Of a stretch of DNA of 64,000 nt, positions 9,051-20,692 are shown piece after piece. The DNA is taken from contig CAVSZB010000004.1 in NCBI GenBank assembly GCA_963732385.1, forward strand, positions 64,001 to 128,000. The letters run 5' to 3'. The position numbers and the translations under genes are program-made. How positions within the stretch are numbered: the stretch's first letter is position 1; each line of letters opens with the position of its first letter. Below the pieces are notes generated by a model. The model did no database searches. It was not told the DNA's origin and saw nothing but the letters and a program-made list of their open reading frames with translations. The DNA is from an uncultured bacterium (GTDB lineage: Bacteria > Krumholzibacteriota > Krumholzibacteriia > LZORAL124-64-63).

Positions 9051-10003
9051 CATCCGCAACCCCGCCACCGCGGCCGGGTCGCGTGCGGTTGCCCCGTTCA
9101 ACCGTGTTGGCGGGAGCGGCGGTCGTCCTGCTGGCCGCGTCGGCGCTCTGGTGGCCGCCCCGCGGTTCCGCACCGGTCGAGGGGCTGTTCCTGGTGATCG
9201 ATCCCCTCGTCGAGGTGCGTGGCGATCAACTGTACGCTCCCCTGGCCGCTTGGCTGGCCGACGGCGTGGGACGACCGCTGCGCCTGCTGGTGGCCCGCCG
9301 GGTGGCGGACGTGCCGGCGCGCACGTGGCAGGATGTGGGACTGGTGCTCTGCCCGGACGGCGTGGCGCTCGGATTGCGATCGGAGGATTTCACCACCGTG
9401 GCCGCGGCGCGACGCCAGGCGCCGCAGAACCTGCGCCCCCGGTCAGTGCTCGTTTACCGTCTCGCCGCGGGATTCACGCCGGCGCCGTGGATCACGGCGC
9501 CCGCACGCACGATTCTCGGCGACAGTCTCTCGCTGGCCGGCTGCGGCGTGGCGTGCCGTCAGGGCGAGCGACCCTGGCGCGGTCGATCGTCACGACAGCA
9601 GGCCCCGATGGTCGGGGCGGATCCGTACGACCACGGACCGGTGCTGCAGACCCTCGCTCTGGGCTGCTTCGACTACGCTCTGGTGCGGGAATGGACCGCG
9701 CGGCGCTGGCGCGCGGCGGGACTGCTCGACCCGGCGACGTGGGAGATGGCGCCGGTCAGCGCGCCGTTGCCTGACGTGGTGGTCATGGTCTCGCGCCGCT
9801 GGCCCGCCGCAGACCGGGTGCGCACGGGAGAGCGGCTGGTCAGCATCGGTCGCCGGCAGGAAGCGGGTACGAGCGCGCCGGAGGTTTCGGCGTTGTCGGT
9901 TCTCGATCGCCTGGGGCTGGCGGGATTCAACCCGCTGCTCGAACCTGACTTCGAGTTGACCAGGCGGCAGTTCGCGCCGGGCTGGTCGGCGGGCAGGTTG
10001 TAG
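9047..10003 (+). CDS. PhnD-like substrate-binding protein (divergent)
   Basis: YAPLAAWLA..VGRPLRL, RSVLVYR, DSLSLAG and SAPLPDVVVMVS resemble the phosphate/phosphonate-binding family; N-terminal TM. Confidence 0.5.
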   Translation: MTSATPPPRPGRVRLPRSTVLAGAAVVLLAASALWWPPRGSAPVEGLFLVIDPLVEVRGDQLYAPLAAWLADGVGRPLRLLVARRVADVPARTWQDVGLVLCPDGVALGLRSEDFTTVAAARRQAPQNLRPRSVLVYRLAAGFTPAPWITAPARTILGDSLSLAGCGVACRQGERPWRGRSSRQQAPMVGADPYDHGPVLQTLALGCFDYALVREWTARRWRAAGLLDPATWEMAPVSAPLPDVVVMVSRRWPAADRVRTGERLVSIGRRQEAGTSAPEVSALSVLDRLGLAGFNPLLEPDFELTRRQFAPGWSAGRL

Positions 10004-10084
10004 GCGCAGGTCGGGCGGCCGGCGGTGCCGGCTGGTGGAGCAACGGTCATCCAGGCTGCGCCGAGGCGCGGGTGAAGGGGTCTG

Positions 10085-11359
10085 ATGGAGCTCAGATATC
10101 GCCGGCTCAAGGGGACGCGGGACGTTCTGCTCGAGGAGGCCGAGCAGTGGCGCTGGTGCGAGGAGCGCTGGCGTGAAACGCTTGAGCGTTACGGGTATGG
10201 GGAGATCCGCACGCCGATCATGGAACCGACGGAGTTGTTCACCCGCTCCGTGGGCGAAGGGACCGACATCGTCGACAAGGAGATGTACACTTTCCTGACC
10301 AAGGGGGAGGAGAGTGTCACCCTGCGCCCGGAGGCCACGGCGTCGGTGGTGCGCGCCTATCTTGAGAACGGTCTGATGCGCCAGCCGGGCACGCTGAAGT
10401 TCTTCTACCTCGGGCCGATGTTCCGCCACGATCGCCCGCAGGCCGGACGGCTGCGGCAGTTCCACCAGGTGGGGGTGGAGGCGATCGGTTCGGCGAGTCC
10501 GGTGCTCGACGCCGAGGTGATCCGCGCGGCGCTGGCGCTGTTCGAAGCGGTGGACGCGGAGAACCTGGTCACCAGGATCAACAACATCGGCTGTCCCGTC
10601 TGCCGGCCCGGATACGTGGCCGGCCTGCAGTCCTGGGCGCGGGAGCGCGCGGACCGGTTCTGCGGTACCTGCCGCGCGCGCCTGCCGGTCAATCCGCTGC
10701 GCCTGTTCGACTGTAAGGAGGATGAGTGCCGGACGCTGCTCGCCGGCTACCCGGAGATCGTGGATTCGCTCTGCGGCGAGTGCGCGGAACACGAGCGCAC
10801 GGTGCGCGGCACCCTGGACGACATGGGTGTGCGGTATACGGTCGATCCCACGCTGGTGCGCGGGCTGGACTACTATACGCGAACCACGTTCGAGATCAGC
10901 GCCGTCGAAGGACGCAAGCAGAGTTCCCTCTGCGGCGGCGGGCGCTATGACGGGCTCATTGCGCAGTGCGGTGGTGATCCGACGCCGGCGGTCGGTTTTT
11001 CGCTCGGTGTGGAGCGCACGATCCGGCACCTCTACGCCGAGCCGGTCGATCCGCAGCGGAGCCGACGACCCCGTGTGGATGTCTATGTCGTCTGCCTGGG
11101 CCCGGCGGCCCAGCGGTACGCTCTGGCGCGCGTCGACGCGCTGCGCGGCGTCTGCCGGGTGGAGATCGACTGCTCCGGGCGGGCGGTAAAGGCACAGATG
11201 AAGTCGGCGGACGGCCGTCAGGCCCGCCTGGTCCTGCTCGCGGGCGACGAGGAGATGGCCGGGGAGACGCTGCAACTCAAGAATCTGGAATCGGGACAGC
11301 AGTACGGCATCGCCGCGGGTGGGGTTCTCGCGGCGGTGAGGGAGGTGCTCGGTCTGTGA
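10085..11359 (+). CDS. hisS: Histidine--tRNA ligase
   Basis: [28 protein letters not shown] and GGGRYDGL. Confidence 0.97.
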   Translation: MELRYRRLKGTRDVLLEEAEQWRWCEERWRETLERYGYGEIRTPIMEPTELFTRSVGEGTDIVDKEMYTFLTKGEESVTLRPEATASVVRAYLENGLMRQPGTLKFFYLGPMFRHDRPQAGRLRQFHQVGVEAIGSASPVLDAEVIRAALALFEAVDAENLVTRINNIGCPVCRPGYVAGLQSWARERADRFCGTCRARLPVNPLRLFDCKEDECRTLLAGYPEIVDSLCGECAEHERTVRGTLDDMGVRYTVDPTLVRGLDYYTRTTFEISAVEGRKQSSLCGGGRYDGLIAQCGGDPTPAVGFSLGVERTIRHLYAEPVDPQRSRRPRVDVYVVCLGPAAQRYALARVDALRGVCRVEIDCSGRAVKAQMKSADGRQARLVLLAGDEEMAGETLQLKNLESGQQYGIAAGGVLAAVREVLGL

Positions 11360-13143
11360 ACGAGGTTGCGGGCAACGGCGCCCCGCGCACCCATCGCTGC
11401 GGCGAGGTCGCCGCGCACCTTGTCGGGCAGGAGATCGTCCTGGCCGGGTGGGCTGGTCGCGTGCGGGACATGGGCGGTGTGGTGTTCATCGATCTGCGCG
11501 ATCGGTGGGGCCTCGTGCAGGTGGTCTGCGACGAGGGCGCGCCGCTGGCACGGGGCAAGGGGCTCAAGATCGAGTCGGTGGTCCGGGTGCGGGGGCGCGT
11601 GCGGGCGCGGCCCGAGGGCATGGTCAATCCACACCTCTCCACCGGCGGCGTGGAAGTGGTCGCGCTGGAACTGACAGTGCTCAACAGTTGCCTGCCTCTG
11701 CCCTTCCAGCTCGATCAGGCGGAGAACGCGGGCGAGGAGTTGCGCCTCAAACACCGCTACATCCATCTGCGGCATCCGGGCATGGCGCGCAACCTCGAGG
11801 TGCGCCATCGGGCCGCCCAGGCGGTGCGACGATTCCTCTCGTCGCACGATTTTCTCGAGATCGAGACACCCATGTTGATCAAGACCACCCCCGAAGGGGC
11901 GCGTGACTACGTGGTGCCCAGCCGCGTGCACCGCGGACGCTTCTTCGCGCTGCCGCAGTCGCCGCAGCTCTACAAGCAGATCCTGATGGTGTCGGGAGTG
12001 GACCGCTACTTCCAGCTTGCCCGCTGCCTGCGCGACGAGGATCTGCGCAAGGACCGACAGCCGGAGCACACGCAGATCGATATCGAGATGAGTTTCGTGC
12101 GCGAGACCGACCTGTTCGCCCTGGTGGAAGAGATGCTGGCGATCGTGTTCGCGGAGGCGGCGGGTATCACGCTGGAAACGCCTTTCCCGCGCCTGGCCTA
12201 CGACGATGCTATGGCGCTCTACGGCTCGGACAAGCCGGACCTGCGGTTCGGGTGCCCGATGCGCGAGCTTGACGACCTCGTGCCTGGCTGTGGCTTCGGC
12301 GTGTTCGAAGCGGCGCTCACGGCGGGCGGGGTCGTGCGCTGTCTGTGCGCGCCCGGCCTCGGCGGCTGGAGCCGCAAACAGGTGGGCGAGCTGGAGGAGA
12401 TCGCGCGCGCCCGCGGTGCGCAGGGGCTGGCCTGGACGAAAGTTGCGGGTGGTCGCTGCGAGGGGGGTGTGGCGCGGTTGCTGTCGCCCACGTTCCAGAC
12501 CGGGCTGCTGGAGCGGACCAGTGCCCAGGAGGGCGATCTCCTGCTGTTCGGGGCCGGCGCGCGGGAGACCGTGCAGTCGGCGCTGGGCGTGGTGCGACTC
12601 GAACTGGCGCAGCGGGCCGGCTGGATCGCGCCGGGCACGTGGGCTCTGGCCTGGATCCACACCTTCCCGCTGTTTGAGGCGATGCCGGAAACGGGTGGCT
12701 GGACTGCGGCGCACCACATGTTCACCATGCCGCGTGACGAGGACCTGGCGCGGCTGGAGAGCGACCCGGGCGCGGTGCGCGCCCGGCTCTACGATCTGGT
12801 CTGCAACGGCGTGGAACTCGGCTCGGGGAGCATCCGCGTGCATCTGCGCGAGTTGCAGGAGCGCATTTTCGCGGTCTGCGGCCTGACCCCCGAGGAGTGG
12901 CGGGAGAAGTTCGGCTTCTTCCTCGACGCGCTCGAGTACGGCGCGCCGCCGCACGGCGGCATCGCGCTGGGACTTGATCGGGTCGTGATGCTGATGACCG
13001 GCAGCGCCTCCCTGCGCGAGGTGATCGCCTTCCCCAAGACGAACCTGGCGATCTCCCCCCTCGACAGCGCGCCCGGTCTCCTGGCGCCGGCTCAACTGGC
13101 CGAGTTGGGACTGCGCATCGTACCGGAAGAGGGGGCCCCATGA
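11356..13143 (+). CDS. aspS: Aspartate--tRNA ligase
   Basis: [31 protein letters not shown] and [14 protein letters not shown]. Confidence 0.97.
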   Translation: MNEVAGNGAPRTHRCGEVAAHLVGQEIVLAGWAGRVRDMGGVVFIDLRDRWGLVQVVCDEGAPLARGKGLKIESVVRVRGRVRARPEGMVNPHLSTGGVEVVALELTVLNSCLPLPFQLDQAENAGEELRLKHRYIHLRHPGMARNLEVRHRAAQAVRRFLSSHDFLEIETPMLIKTTPEGARDYVVPSRVHRGRFFALPQSPQLYKQILMVSGVDRYFQLARCLRDEDLRKDRQPEHTQIDIEMSFVRETDLFALVEEMLAIVFAEAAGITLETPFPRLAYDDAMALYGSDKPDLRFGCPMRELDDLVPGCGFGVFEAALTAGGVVRCLCAPGLGGWSRKQVGELEEIARARGAQGLAWTKVAGGRCEGGVARLLSPTFQTGLLERTSAQEGDLLLFGAGARETVQSALGVVRLELAQRAGWIAPGTWALAWIHTFPLFEAMPETGGWTAAHHMFTMPRDEDLARLESDPGAVRARLYDLVCNGVELGSGSIRVHLRELQERIFAVCGLTPEEWREKFGFFLDALEYGAPPHGGIALGLDRVVMLMTGSASLREVIAFPKTNLAISPLDSAPGLLAPAQLAELGLRIVPEEGAP

Positions 13144-14153
13144 CCGGGCGCGAGACGGGCGTTTCCGGGGAGGCGGGCGACGAGGTCACGCTGTCGCTCA
13201 CGGGTGTCGATCAGTTGGCGCTGCTGGGCTGGAATGATGGCAATCTGCGCCTGCTCGAAGCGCGTTGTGACGGGACCATCACCGTGCGCGGCGAGGCGAT
13301 GATCCTGCGGGGACCGCGCCGGCAACTGGAACCGTTGACCCGGGCCGCCCGCCGTCTGATCACGCTGGCGGGCGAGGGCCAGGCGCTCGACGCCGTGATG
13401 GTCTCCTATGTGCTCGATGAGGAGATGGGGGGGGGCGAGGCGCCGGCGGACCCCGAAGGCGGGGAGGGGGGGGAAGCCCTCCACTTCGCGGCCGGGAGCC
13501 GGCAGGCGATCCGTGCGCGCACCGCGGGACAGCGCGAATACGTGGAGGCGATCCGCGCTCATGACGTGGTCTTCTCGATCGGTCCGGCCGGCACGGGCAA
13601 GACCTACCTGGCCGTCGTGATGGCGATGGAGTACCTCAAGCGGCGACTCGTGGACCGGGTGCTGCTGGTGCGTCCCGCCGTCGAGGCGGGCGAGCAGCTC
13701 GGGTTCCTCCCGGGCGACCTGCAGGAGAAGATCGATCCGTACCTGCGCCCGCTCTACGACGCCCTGACAGATACCATCGGGTCGGGCAAGATTGGTCGTT
13801 ACATGGCCAACGGGACCATTGAGGCAGCGCCGCTGGCCTACATGCGCGGGCGGACGCTCAGCCACTCGTTCATCATTCTCGACGAAGCGCAGAACACCAC
13901 CACCGGCCAGATGAAGATGTTCCTGACCCGTCTCGGTCTGCAGTCGAAGGCTGTGATCACGGGCGACGTGACCCAGATCGATCTCAAGGACAAGCAGCAG
14001 TCGGGGCTGGTGGCAGTGCAGCGGATCCTGGCCCACACCGAGGGCGTAGCCTTCGTCCAGCTGGAGGGCCGCGACGTCGTGCGGCATCCCCTGGTGCGCC
14101 GCATCGTCGATGCGTTTCAACTCGCCGAGGAGCAGGACGGCAGGAGGATCTGA
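13140..14153 (+). CDS. phoH: PhoH family protein
   Basis: [28 protein letters not shown] and VVRHPLV. Confidence 0.95.
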   Translation: MTGRETGVSGEAGDEVTLSLTGVDQLALLGWNDGNLRLLEARCDGTITVRGEAMILRGPRRQLEPLTRAARRLITLAGEGQALDAVMVSYVLDEEMGGGEAPADPEGGEGGEALHFAAGSRQAIRARTAGQREYVEAIRAHDVVFSIGPAGTGKTYLAVVMAMEYLKRRLVDRVLLVRPAVEAGEQLGFLPGDLQEKIDPYLRPLYDALTDTIGSGKIGRYMANGTIEAAPLAYMRGRTLSHSFIILDEAQNTTTGQMKMFLTRLGLQSKAVITGDVTQIDLKDKQQSGLVAVQRILAHTEGVAFVQLEGRDVVRHPLVRRIVDAFQLAEEQDGRRI

Positions 14154-14154
14154 T

Positions 14155-16452
14155 TTGGTGCGCTGGTGGTCGCTCCGCTTCTTCAAACCGGCGGCATGGA
14201 TCGGCTGGCGGCAGACCCCGCAGGTCCGCCCCGGTCCGCGCACCGGCGTGGCCGCGTGGCGGAGCACGCGTGCGCTGCTGACGGCCGTTTTGGCAGCGCT
14301 GGCCCTGCTGGCGCTGCACCTGCTGCTGTTCCCGCCGTTGCCGCGCACGGGGGCCGTTTTCCCTCGGCAGGGCGAGGTCGCGCCGCGCCAGATCCGGGCG
14401 CCCTTCGCCTTCACCGCGCCGTTGCCCGAACGCGACGTGGAACTGATGCGGCTCGAGCGCGGGCTGGCCGAACCGCCGTTGCTGCGGCGGGAGGATCCGG
14501 CGCCGGGCGAGGGTTCGCTGCGGCGATTCGCCGTCTGGCGCGAGGCCTTCCTGGCGTTGCAGGAACGTCGCGGCGCGGACGCGCCGGAGCGCGTGGGCGA
14601 ACTGGCCGCGCGGTTCCCCGAACTCGATCGCGGGCTGCAGCGGCGCCTGCTTGGCGTTCCCCGTCCGGAGGCGGTCCTGGCGGTGATGGAGGCGGTGCTG
14701 CGCGAACTGCTGGCGACCGGCGTCGCCGACGTTCTGCCGCCCGGCAAATACACGCAGGTGCGCGTGCGGGAACGTGAGGGGGAGGTCGGGATCGACGCTG
14801 CGCTGATCCATGAAGAGGCGCGGCTCGGGGAACGGCTGCCCTGGCTGTTGCGCGCGCGGGGACTGGACCCCGCGGTGGCGGCGGCGGCGGCGGGGGTGAC
14901 GGGCGCCCTGCTGGTGCCCAACCTCGTCTACGACGAGGTGGCAACGCGCGCCCGGCAGGAGTTGGTGCGCTCGGCGGTGCCGGCGCGGCGCGAGTTCATC
15001 AAGGATGAGCGCATCGTCGAGCAGGGCGTGCGCGTGTCGGAGCAGGAGGCGATCTTCCTGAACCGGCTGTCCGAACTGCAGAATGAACGGGGGGCGGGAT
15101 TCGAGGGCGGCTCGCGGTTATCGCGTCTGGGGGCGCGGCTGCTGCTGCTGGGAACCGCCCTGGCGCTGTATGGCTGGATGGCGGTGCTCTATTTTTCCCC
15201 GGTGCTGGCGCGACCGAGGCATCTCGTGGCCGTGGCGGCCATCATGGCGCTTTTCCTGAGCGGGGCCGCCTGTGGGCTCGCGCGGCCGGGGCTGGGGATT
15301 TTTGCGGTGCCGGTGGCGCTGCTGGCCCTGCTGGCCACGGTCCTGTTCAAGGAGCGGGTTGGGCACGCCACGACGCTGCTGGGCACCGTGCTGCTGACAC
15401 CGGTGGCGGGGGTCGAAACGCACGCCGTGCTGATCTGGCTGCTGACCGGCGCGGTGGCGGTTGGGACGGTCCGGCACATCCAGCAACGCGGCCAGTTCTA
15501 CCGGACGCTCGCGATTCTCTGCGCCCTCGCGCTGTTCCTCATGATGACGCTGCGTCTCTCCGCCGGCGCGTCGCTGACCGCGCAGGGGGGACAGTACCTG
15601 GTGGCGTTTCTGACGCCGGTGGCGGCGGTGGCGCTCGCGCTGTTTCTGCTGCCCGTGGTCGAGCCGGTCATCGGAGTGGCGAGCGATCTGACGCTGCTTG
15701 AACTGTCGGATCTCAATCATCCGCTGCTCAAGCAGATGTCGCTCGAATCGCAGGGGACCTACCACCACAGCCAGGTGGTGAGTCAGTTGGCCGAACAGGC
15801 AGCGCGGGCGATCGGCGCGAACGCGATCCTGACCCGCGTGGGCGCGCTGTTCCACGACATCGGCAAGCTGAACAAGCCGGAATATTTCGTCGAAAACCAG
15901 CGCGGTGGGCCGAACAAGCACGACGAACTGAGCCCGAGCATGAGCGCCCTGGTCGTGGCGTCCCATGTGAAGGAGGGCATCGAACTGGCGCATCGCTGGC
16001 GTCTGCCGCAGGCGGTGATCGATTTCATCCCCGAGCACCACGGCACCGGCGTGATGGAGTTCTTCTACCACAAGGCGCTGGAGGCGGGCGAGACTGAGAC
16101 CGTGAAGGTGGACGATTTCCGCTATCCCGGACCGAAGCCGCGCTCCCGCGAGACGGCGATTCTCATGCTCGCCGACGCGGTCGAGGCGGCGGCGCGCTCG
16201 TTGGCGAAAGCGACGCCCGGCCGTATCCGCGAGGTCACCACACAGGTGATAGAGAAGCGGCTGCTGAGCGGCGAACTGGACGAGGCGCAGCTGACCATGG
16301 CCGATCTGGCGCGCGTCCGCGAGGCGTTCATCCCCTTGTTGACCGGCATCCACCACGCGCGCATTTCCTATCCGGGCCGGCGGGAGCGCGAGACGGGGCG
16401 TCCGCGTGAACGCGAGAATGGGCGCGTGGGCGAACGGGGACCGCTGGCGTGA
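14155..16452 (+). CDS. 7TM-HD phosphohydrolase (PgpH/YqfF-like, putative c-di-AMP phosphodiesterase)
   Basis: Extracellular domain, about 7 TM segments, then GTYHHS, HDIGK, EHHGT and FRYPGPKP. TTG start chosen for the SD AGGAGG. Confidence 0.85.
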   Translation: MVRWWSLRFFKPAAWIGWRQTPQVRPGPRTGVAAWRSTRALLTAVLAALALLALHLLLFPPLPRTGAVFPRQGEVAPRQIRAPFAFTAPLPERDVELMRLERGLAEPPLLRREDPAPGEGSLRRFAVWREAFLALQERRGADAPERVGELAARFPELDRGLQRRLLGVPRPEAVLAVMEAVLRELLATGVADVLPPGKYTQVRVREREGEVGIDAALIHEEARLGERLPWLLRARGLDPAVAAAAAGVTGALLVPNLVYDEVATRARQELVRSAVPARREFIKDERIVEQGVRVSEQEAIFLNRLSELQNERGAGFEGGSRLSRLGARLLLLGTALALYGWMAVLYFSPVLARPRHLVAVAAIMALFLSGAACGLARPGLGIFAVPVALLALLATVLFKERVGHATTLLGTVLLTPVAGVETHAVLIWLLTGAVAVGTVRHIQQRGQFYRTLAILCALALFLMMTLRLSAGASLTAQGGQYLVAFLTPVAAVALALFLLPVVEPVIGVASDLTLLELSDLNHPLLKQMSLESQGTYHHSQVVSQLAEQAARAIGANAILTRVGALFHDIGKLNKPEYFVENQRGGPNKHDELSPSMSALVVASHVKEGIELAHRWRLPQAVIDFIPEHHGTGVMEFFYHKALEAGETETVKVDDFRYPGPKPRSRETAILMLADAVEAAARSLAKATPGRIREVTTQVIEKRLLSGELDEAQLTMADLARVREAFIPLLTGIHHARISYPGRRERETGRPRERENGRVGERGPLA

Positions 16453-17027
16453 AGGCGCGACTCCACGACCGGCGCCGCCTGCCGGCGGCGCCGCCGGCGG
16501 CCTGGAGGAAGGCGCTGGTGCGGCTGGCGGAGCCGGCCGGAGACCCGGCGTGGCCGGTCGATTTGGTGCTGGTGGATGACGCGGAGATCGCAGAGCTCAA
16601 CCGGCGGTGGCGGGGGCGCGACGAGGTTACCGACGTGCTCTCTTTCTCCTACCTGGCCGCGGAGGGAGCGGGGGCGCCGGCGCTGCGCGCGGGTTCCCGG
16701 CAGGCAGCGACCGGTCTCTGGCGGGACCCCGGCGATGCCGCCGCGCAGGCACCGGTGGGCGAACTGGTGATCGCGCCGGCGTTCGTGGCCCGGCAGTGCG
16801 CCGCGTACGGCTGGGATCTGGCTGCCGAATGGGCGCTGTTGACCGTGCACGGGCTGCTGCACCTGCTGGGCTGGACCCACGACGATCCGGCCGGGACGGT
16901 GGCTATGCGGAGTCGGGAGGCGCAGTTGCTGCTGGGCGCGGGATTCAGTCATCCCCTGCTGGCCAACGGCGCAGGGGCGGAGGCGTCATGGGAAGAAGAA
17001 GGAGCCGATGGATCACGCGATAAGTGA
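16449..17027 (+). CDS. ybeY: rRNA maturation RNase YbeY
   Basis: LNRRWRG, TDVLSF and HGLLHLLGWTH. Confidence 0.88.
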   Translation: MKARLHDRRRLPAAPPAAWRKALVRLAEPAGDPAWPVDLVLVDDAEIAELNRRWRGRDEVTDVLSFSYLAAEGAGAPALRAGSRQAATGLWRDPGDAAAQAPVGELVIAPAFVARQCAAYGWDLAAEWALLTVHGLLHLLGWTHDDPAGTVAMRSREAQLLLGAGFSHPLLANGAGAEASWEEEGADGSRDK

Positions 17028-18330
17028 ATGGCCGGCGAGCGTGGCGTTCGCGGTGACCGTGGGGGCGTTCCTGCTGGCGATGCTGGCGGCGGGGCTGCTG
17101 GCCGCGCTGCTGCGGGTGCGCGGTCTGTCGGGACACGGCCTGCTGGAAGAGACCGGGACCGGCGGCGCGCTGCGCGCCTGTCTGCAATTGCCACGCCGCT
17201 TCGAAGTCACGGTCGGTTCGCTTTATCTGGCGCTCACGGTCGTGGGGGGCATTGCGGCCGGGCGGACCGCGGCCGCGCTGATTCCCGGTGCGCCGGCCTG
17301 GCGTTCCCTGCTGGTGACGGCGCTGATCGTGATGTTTGCGTGGACGCTCGGTGGTCTGGCGGGCCGGTCACTCGCCGCCGGTGCGGCTCTCGACACCACG
17401 CGCTGGGGAGCGCGGCTGCTGCTGCCGCTGCACTGGCTGCTGCGGCCGTGGACCGGCCTGGTCGTCTGGCTGCTCGATCGCGCTGGCGACACGCTCAGCG
17501 TTGGCGATGCCCTGCCGCCCCCCCTGACCGCCGGGGAGATCCGCAGTCTGCTGGCCGAGGAGGAGGGGGCGGTCGATCTGGAGGATGAGGAACGGGAGAT
17601 GATTCACAGCATCTTCGGTTTCCACGGCAAGATGGTCCGCGAGATCATGGTCCCGCGCATCGACATGATCTCGCTCGATGCGGCCGACCCGGTCGAGACC
17701 GCGGTCGCCACCGTCAATGCCACCCTCCACTCCCGCCTGCCGATCCACGACGGCACGGTGGACCGGATCACCGGGTTGCTCTACGCCAAGGATCTGCTGG
17801 CCCTGGTGGCAGAGGGGCGGTTGGCCGGCGAAGGCCGCGTGGTGGGCGACCTTGCCCGGCCCGCCTACTTCATCCCCGAGAGCAAGAAGATCGACGAGGT
17901 GCTGGCCGAGTTCCGCCACAAGCGGATCCACATGGCGATCGTGATCGACGAGTACGGCGGCACGGCCGGCCTGGTCACGCTGGAGGATGTCCTCGAGGAG
18001 ATCGTCGGCGAAATAGAAGACGAATTCGACGATCGCGAGCGGCTCTACGAGTGGCTCGACGAGCGCACGCTGCGCGTCGATCCGAAGATCGACCTGGAGG
18101 ATCTGCAGGAACTGCTGGGGGTCCCGCTGCCGGCCGAGGAGGGGAGCGAAACGCTCGCCGGTCTGGTCTACCAGGCGGCTGGTCGGGTGCCCGACGCTGG
18201 CGACCAGGTCACGATCGCCGATCTGACCGTAGTGGTGGAGGCGGTGGAGGACCAGCGGATCCTGCGCGTGCGGATCGTCGCGCCGGAGGCGCTGCCGGGC
18301 CACGCCGGTGCGCTCCGGACGGAAGGGTAG
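17008..18330 (+). CDS. Hemolysin/CorC family CBS-domain membrane protein
   Basis: TM N-terminus, VREIMVPR, HSRLP, DEYGGTAGLVTLEDVLEEIVGEI and a CorC_HlyC C-terminus. Confidence 0.9.
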   Translation: MDHAISEWPASVAFAVTVGAFLLAMLAAGLLAALLRVRGLSGHGLLEETGTGGALRACLQLPRRFEVTVGSLYLALTVVGGIAAGRTAAALIPGAPAWRSLLVTALIVMFAWTLGGLAGRSLAAGAALDTTRWGARLLLPLHWLLRPWTGLVVWLLDRAGDTLSVGDALPPPLTAGEIRSLLAEEEGAVDLEDEEREMIHSIFGFHGKMVREIMVPRIDMISLDAADPVETAVATVNATLHSRLPIHDGTVDRITGLLYAKDLLALVAEGRLAGEGRVVGDLARPAYFIPESKKIDEVLAEFRHKRIHMAIVIDEYGGTAGLVTLEDVLEEIVGEIEDEFDDRERLYEWLDERTLRVDPKIDLEDLQELLGVPLPAEEGSETLAGLVYQAAGRVPDAGDQVTIADLTVVVEAVEDQRILRVRIVAPEALPGHAGALRTEG

Positions 18331-18336
18331 ATTCCG

Positions 18337-18978
18337 GTGACCAAGCTGCGGCAGTATTTCCTGGCCGGTCTGCTGTCGGTGGCGCCGCTGGTCATCACCG
18401 GCTGGGTGCTGCTGCAGATCTATCGTCTGGTGGATGGCGTTACCCGGCCGTGGCTGGAGCGGATCGTTGCGCTGCGCCAGGTGCCCGGTTTCATCCTGAC
18501 GCTGGGCGGGCTGACCGCGTTCCTCCTGCTGATCCTGCTGGCCGGCGTCCTGATGCAGAACGTTTTCGGAGTGGCGCTGTTCGGGCTGCTGGAGCGGTCC
18601 CTGCGGCGGATCCCGCTGCTGCGGGTCGTGTTCGACACGACGAAGCAGATCGGCGAGGTCGTGCTCAACCCGCAGCGGAATGCGTTCCAGAAGGTGGTGC
18701 TGTTCGAGTACCCGCGGCCGTGTTGCTGGTGCATCGGTTTCGTCACCGCGGATGACGGTCGCCAGGAATTCGTGGCGGTCTTTCTGGCCACCACCCCCAA
18801 TCCGACCTCCGGCTTCCTGCTGCTGCTGCCGCGCGGGGAGTTGCGGGTGCTGTCGTTGAGTGTCGAAGAGGGGATGCGACTCGTCATTTCGGGTGGCGCG
18901 CTGCTCACGCCGGAACTTGCGCGGATGCTGGCCGCGGCGGCGGACGGCGCCGGGAGCGGCCCCGGAGAGACGGCGTGA
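18337..18978 (+). CDS. DUF502 family membrane protein
   Basis: FLAGLL...PL.IT and VFLATTPNPTSGF. Confidence 0.88.
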   Translation: MTKLRQYFLAGLLSVAPLVITGWVLLQIYRLVDGVTRPWLERIVALRQVPGFILTLGGLTAFLLLILLAGVLMQNVFGVALFGLLERSLRRIPLLRVVFDTTKQIGEVVLNPQRNAFQKVVLFEYPRPCCWCIGFVTADDGRQEFVAVFLATTPNPTSGFLLLLPRGELRVLSLSVEEGMRLVISGGALLTPELARMLAAAADGAGSGPGETA

Positions 18979-19805
18979 GCCTGCTGCCGCAACCGGTCGT
19001 GACGACCGACGCGATCGTTTTGCGCGTCTGGCCGACCGGCGAGACGAGCGTGGTGGCCGCGCTGCTCACTGCGCGCTGCGGACATCTGCGGGTCATCGCG
19101 AAGGGAGCGCGCAGCGCCGGTTCGGTACTGCGTCCACTGGTGCAGCCCGGTCGCCTGGTCGGCGTGGAATGCGGCCTCGATCCCCGCCGCCAGCTCCAGT
19201 ATCTGCGGGCGGGGGGGGTGCTGCTCGATCCGCTCGCGGGGGGCAACAGCCTCGAACGGACCGCCTTCCTGCTCGCCGGCCTCGAACTGATCGAGCTGTG
19301 CCGGCCCGCCGGCGAGCGCGAGGCCGGGTTGTTCGCGCTTGGCCGCGAGTTCCTCGCGATGTTATCCTGTGCGCCCCGTGAGGGGGCGGCGCGTCTGTTC
19401 TACGCCTTCGAGTTGGCGCTGCTGCAACTTCACGGCCTGGCGCCGGTGCTCGATGGCTGCGCGGCGTGCGACTCGTCGCTCCCCCGTGCCCCCGGGGTGG
19501 CGGTGCGCTTCAGCCCGGCCGTCGGCGGCGTGATCTGCGGCGCCTGCTCCGCGTCGGGGCGGGGACGCGACGGGCGTTCGCTGGCGTGGGAAACGCTCAC
19601 CGGGCTGCGCGCGCTGGCCGCCGGACCAGCTGCCGCGGCCGGTTGCGCGGCGCCCGCCTGGCGGGAGCGCGAAACCGGCATCGTCCTGCACAATTTTCTC
19701 GGCTACCACCTGCCGGGGTATCGGCTGCCGGCCGCGCTCGCCATGCTGCGGGCTGGCCGGTCGTCCGCGCCGGGGGCCGTTATCGGCGCCCGCGAGGAGG
19801 CTTGA
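18975..19805 (+). CDS. recO: DNA repair protein RecO
   Basis: DAIVLR...GETS, IAKGAR, CAAC...CGAC zinc finger; position upstream of glyQ. Confidence 0.88.
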   Translation: MSLLPQPVVTTDAIVLRVWPTGETSVVAALLTARCGHLRVIAKGARSAGSVLRPLVQPGRLVGVECGLDPRRQLQYLRAGGVLLDPLAGGNSLERTAFLLAGLELIELCRPAGEREAGLFALGREFLAMLSCAPREGAARLFYAFELALLQLHGLAPVLDGCAACDSSLPRAPGVAVRFSPAVGGVICGACSASGRGRDGRSLAWETLTGLRALAAGPAAAAGCAAPAWRERETGIVLHNFLGYHLPGYRLPAALAMLRAGRSSAPGAVIGAREEA

Positions 19806-20692
19806 TGGACTACCAGGAGATGATCGCCCGCCTGCACGCCTTCTGGGGGGCGCGCGGCTGCGTCCAGGTGCAGCCGTGGAACTCCGAACTCGGCGCCGGC
19901 ACGTTCAACCCGAACACCTTCCTGCGCGCCCTCGGCCCGGAGCCGTGGCGGGTGGCGCACGTCGAGCCGAGCAAGCGTCCCAAGGACGGACGCTACCTCG
20001 AAAACCCGAACCGGGTGCACCAGTTCTACCAGTACCAGGTGGTGCTCAAGCCGAATCCGCCCGACGCGCAGGCACTCTATGTGGAGTCGTTGCAGGCGAT
20101 GGGGATCGATCACCGCGATCACGACATCCGTTTCGTGGAGGACGATTGGGAGTCCCCCACGCTGGGCGCCGCCGGGCTCGGCTGGGAGGTCTGGCTCGAC
20201 GGCATGGAGATCAGCCAGTTCACCTACTTCCAGCAGGTGGGCAGCCTGCCGTGCCGGCCGGTCTCCGTGGAGCTGACCTACGGCCTCGATCGCCTCGCCA
20301 TGTTCATGCAGGGGGTGGACCACGTGAAGGACATCCGCTGGGGCGGGGGGCTGACGTGGGGCGAGGTGCAGGGCCAGTTCGAGCGGGAGTTCTGCGCTTT
20401 CAATTTCGAGCACGCCGACATCGAGACCTACCGTCGGCATTTCGAGGACCGTGAGCGTGAGGCGCGGACGCTGCTCGAAGCCGGATTGGTCTACCCCGGC
20501 TATGACGCTGTCATCAAGTGCAGCCATCTGTTCAACGTGCTGGAGGCGCGGGGGGCGATCTCCGTGACGGAGCGGACCGGATACATCACCCGGATCCGGG
20601 GACTTGCCCGGCAGGCCGCGCTCGCCTATGTGGCGAAGCGCGAGGCGCTGGGTTTTCCGCTGCTGGCGGGCGGGGAAGGGGGTAAGGCGTGA
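19805..20692 (+). CDS. glyQ: Glycine--tRNA ligase alpha subunit
   Basis: [23 protein letters not shown] and QFTYFQQ. Confidence 0.97.
   Translation: MDYQEMIARLHAFWGARGCVQVQPWNSELGAGTFNPNTFLRALGPEPWRVAHVEPSKRPKDGRYLENPNRVHQFYQYQVVLKPNPPDAQALYVESLQAMGIDHRDHDIRFVEDDWESPTLGAAGLGWEVWLDGMEISQFTYFQQVGSLPCRPVSVELTYGLDRLAMFMQGVDHVKDIRWGGGLTWGEVQGQFEREFCAFNFEHADIETYRRHFEDREREARTLLEAGLVYPGYDAVIKCSHLFNVLEARGAISVTERTGYITRIRGLARQAALAYVAKREALGFPLLAGGEGGKA

Noticed and set aside
10580..10800. Cys-rich clusters in HisS
   Set aside because: A common insertion-domain feature in many bacterial HisS proteins; not novel.
13427..13473. G9 and G8 tracts in phoH (also G8 at 38043 in the STAS gene) as phase-variation sites
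   Set aside because: Genes are in frame, the tracts encode Gly-rich linkers, and such runs are expected at this GC content.
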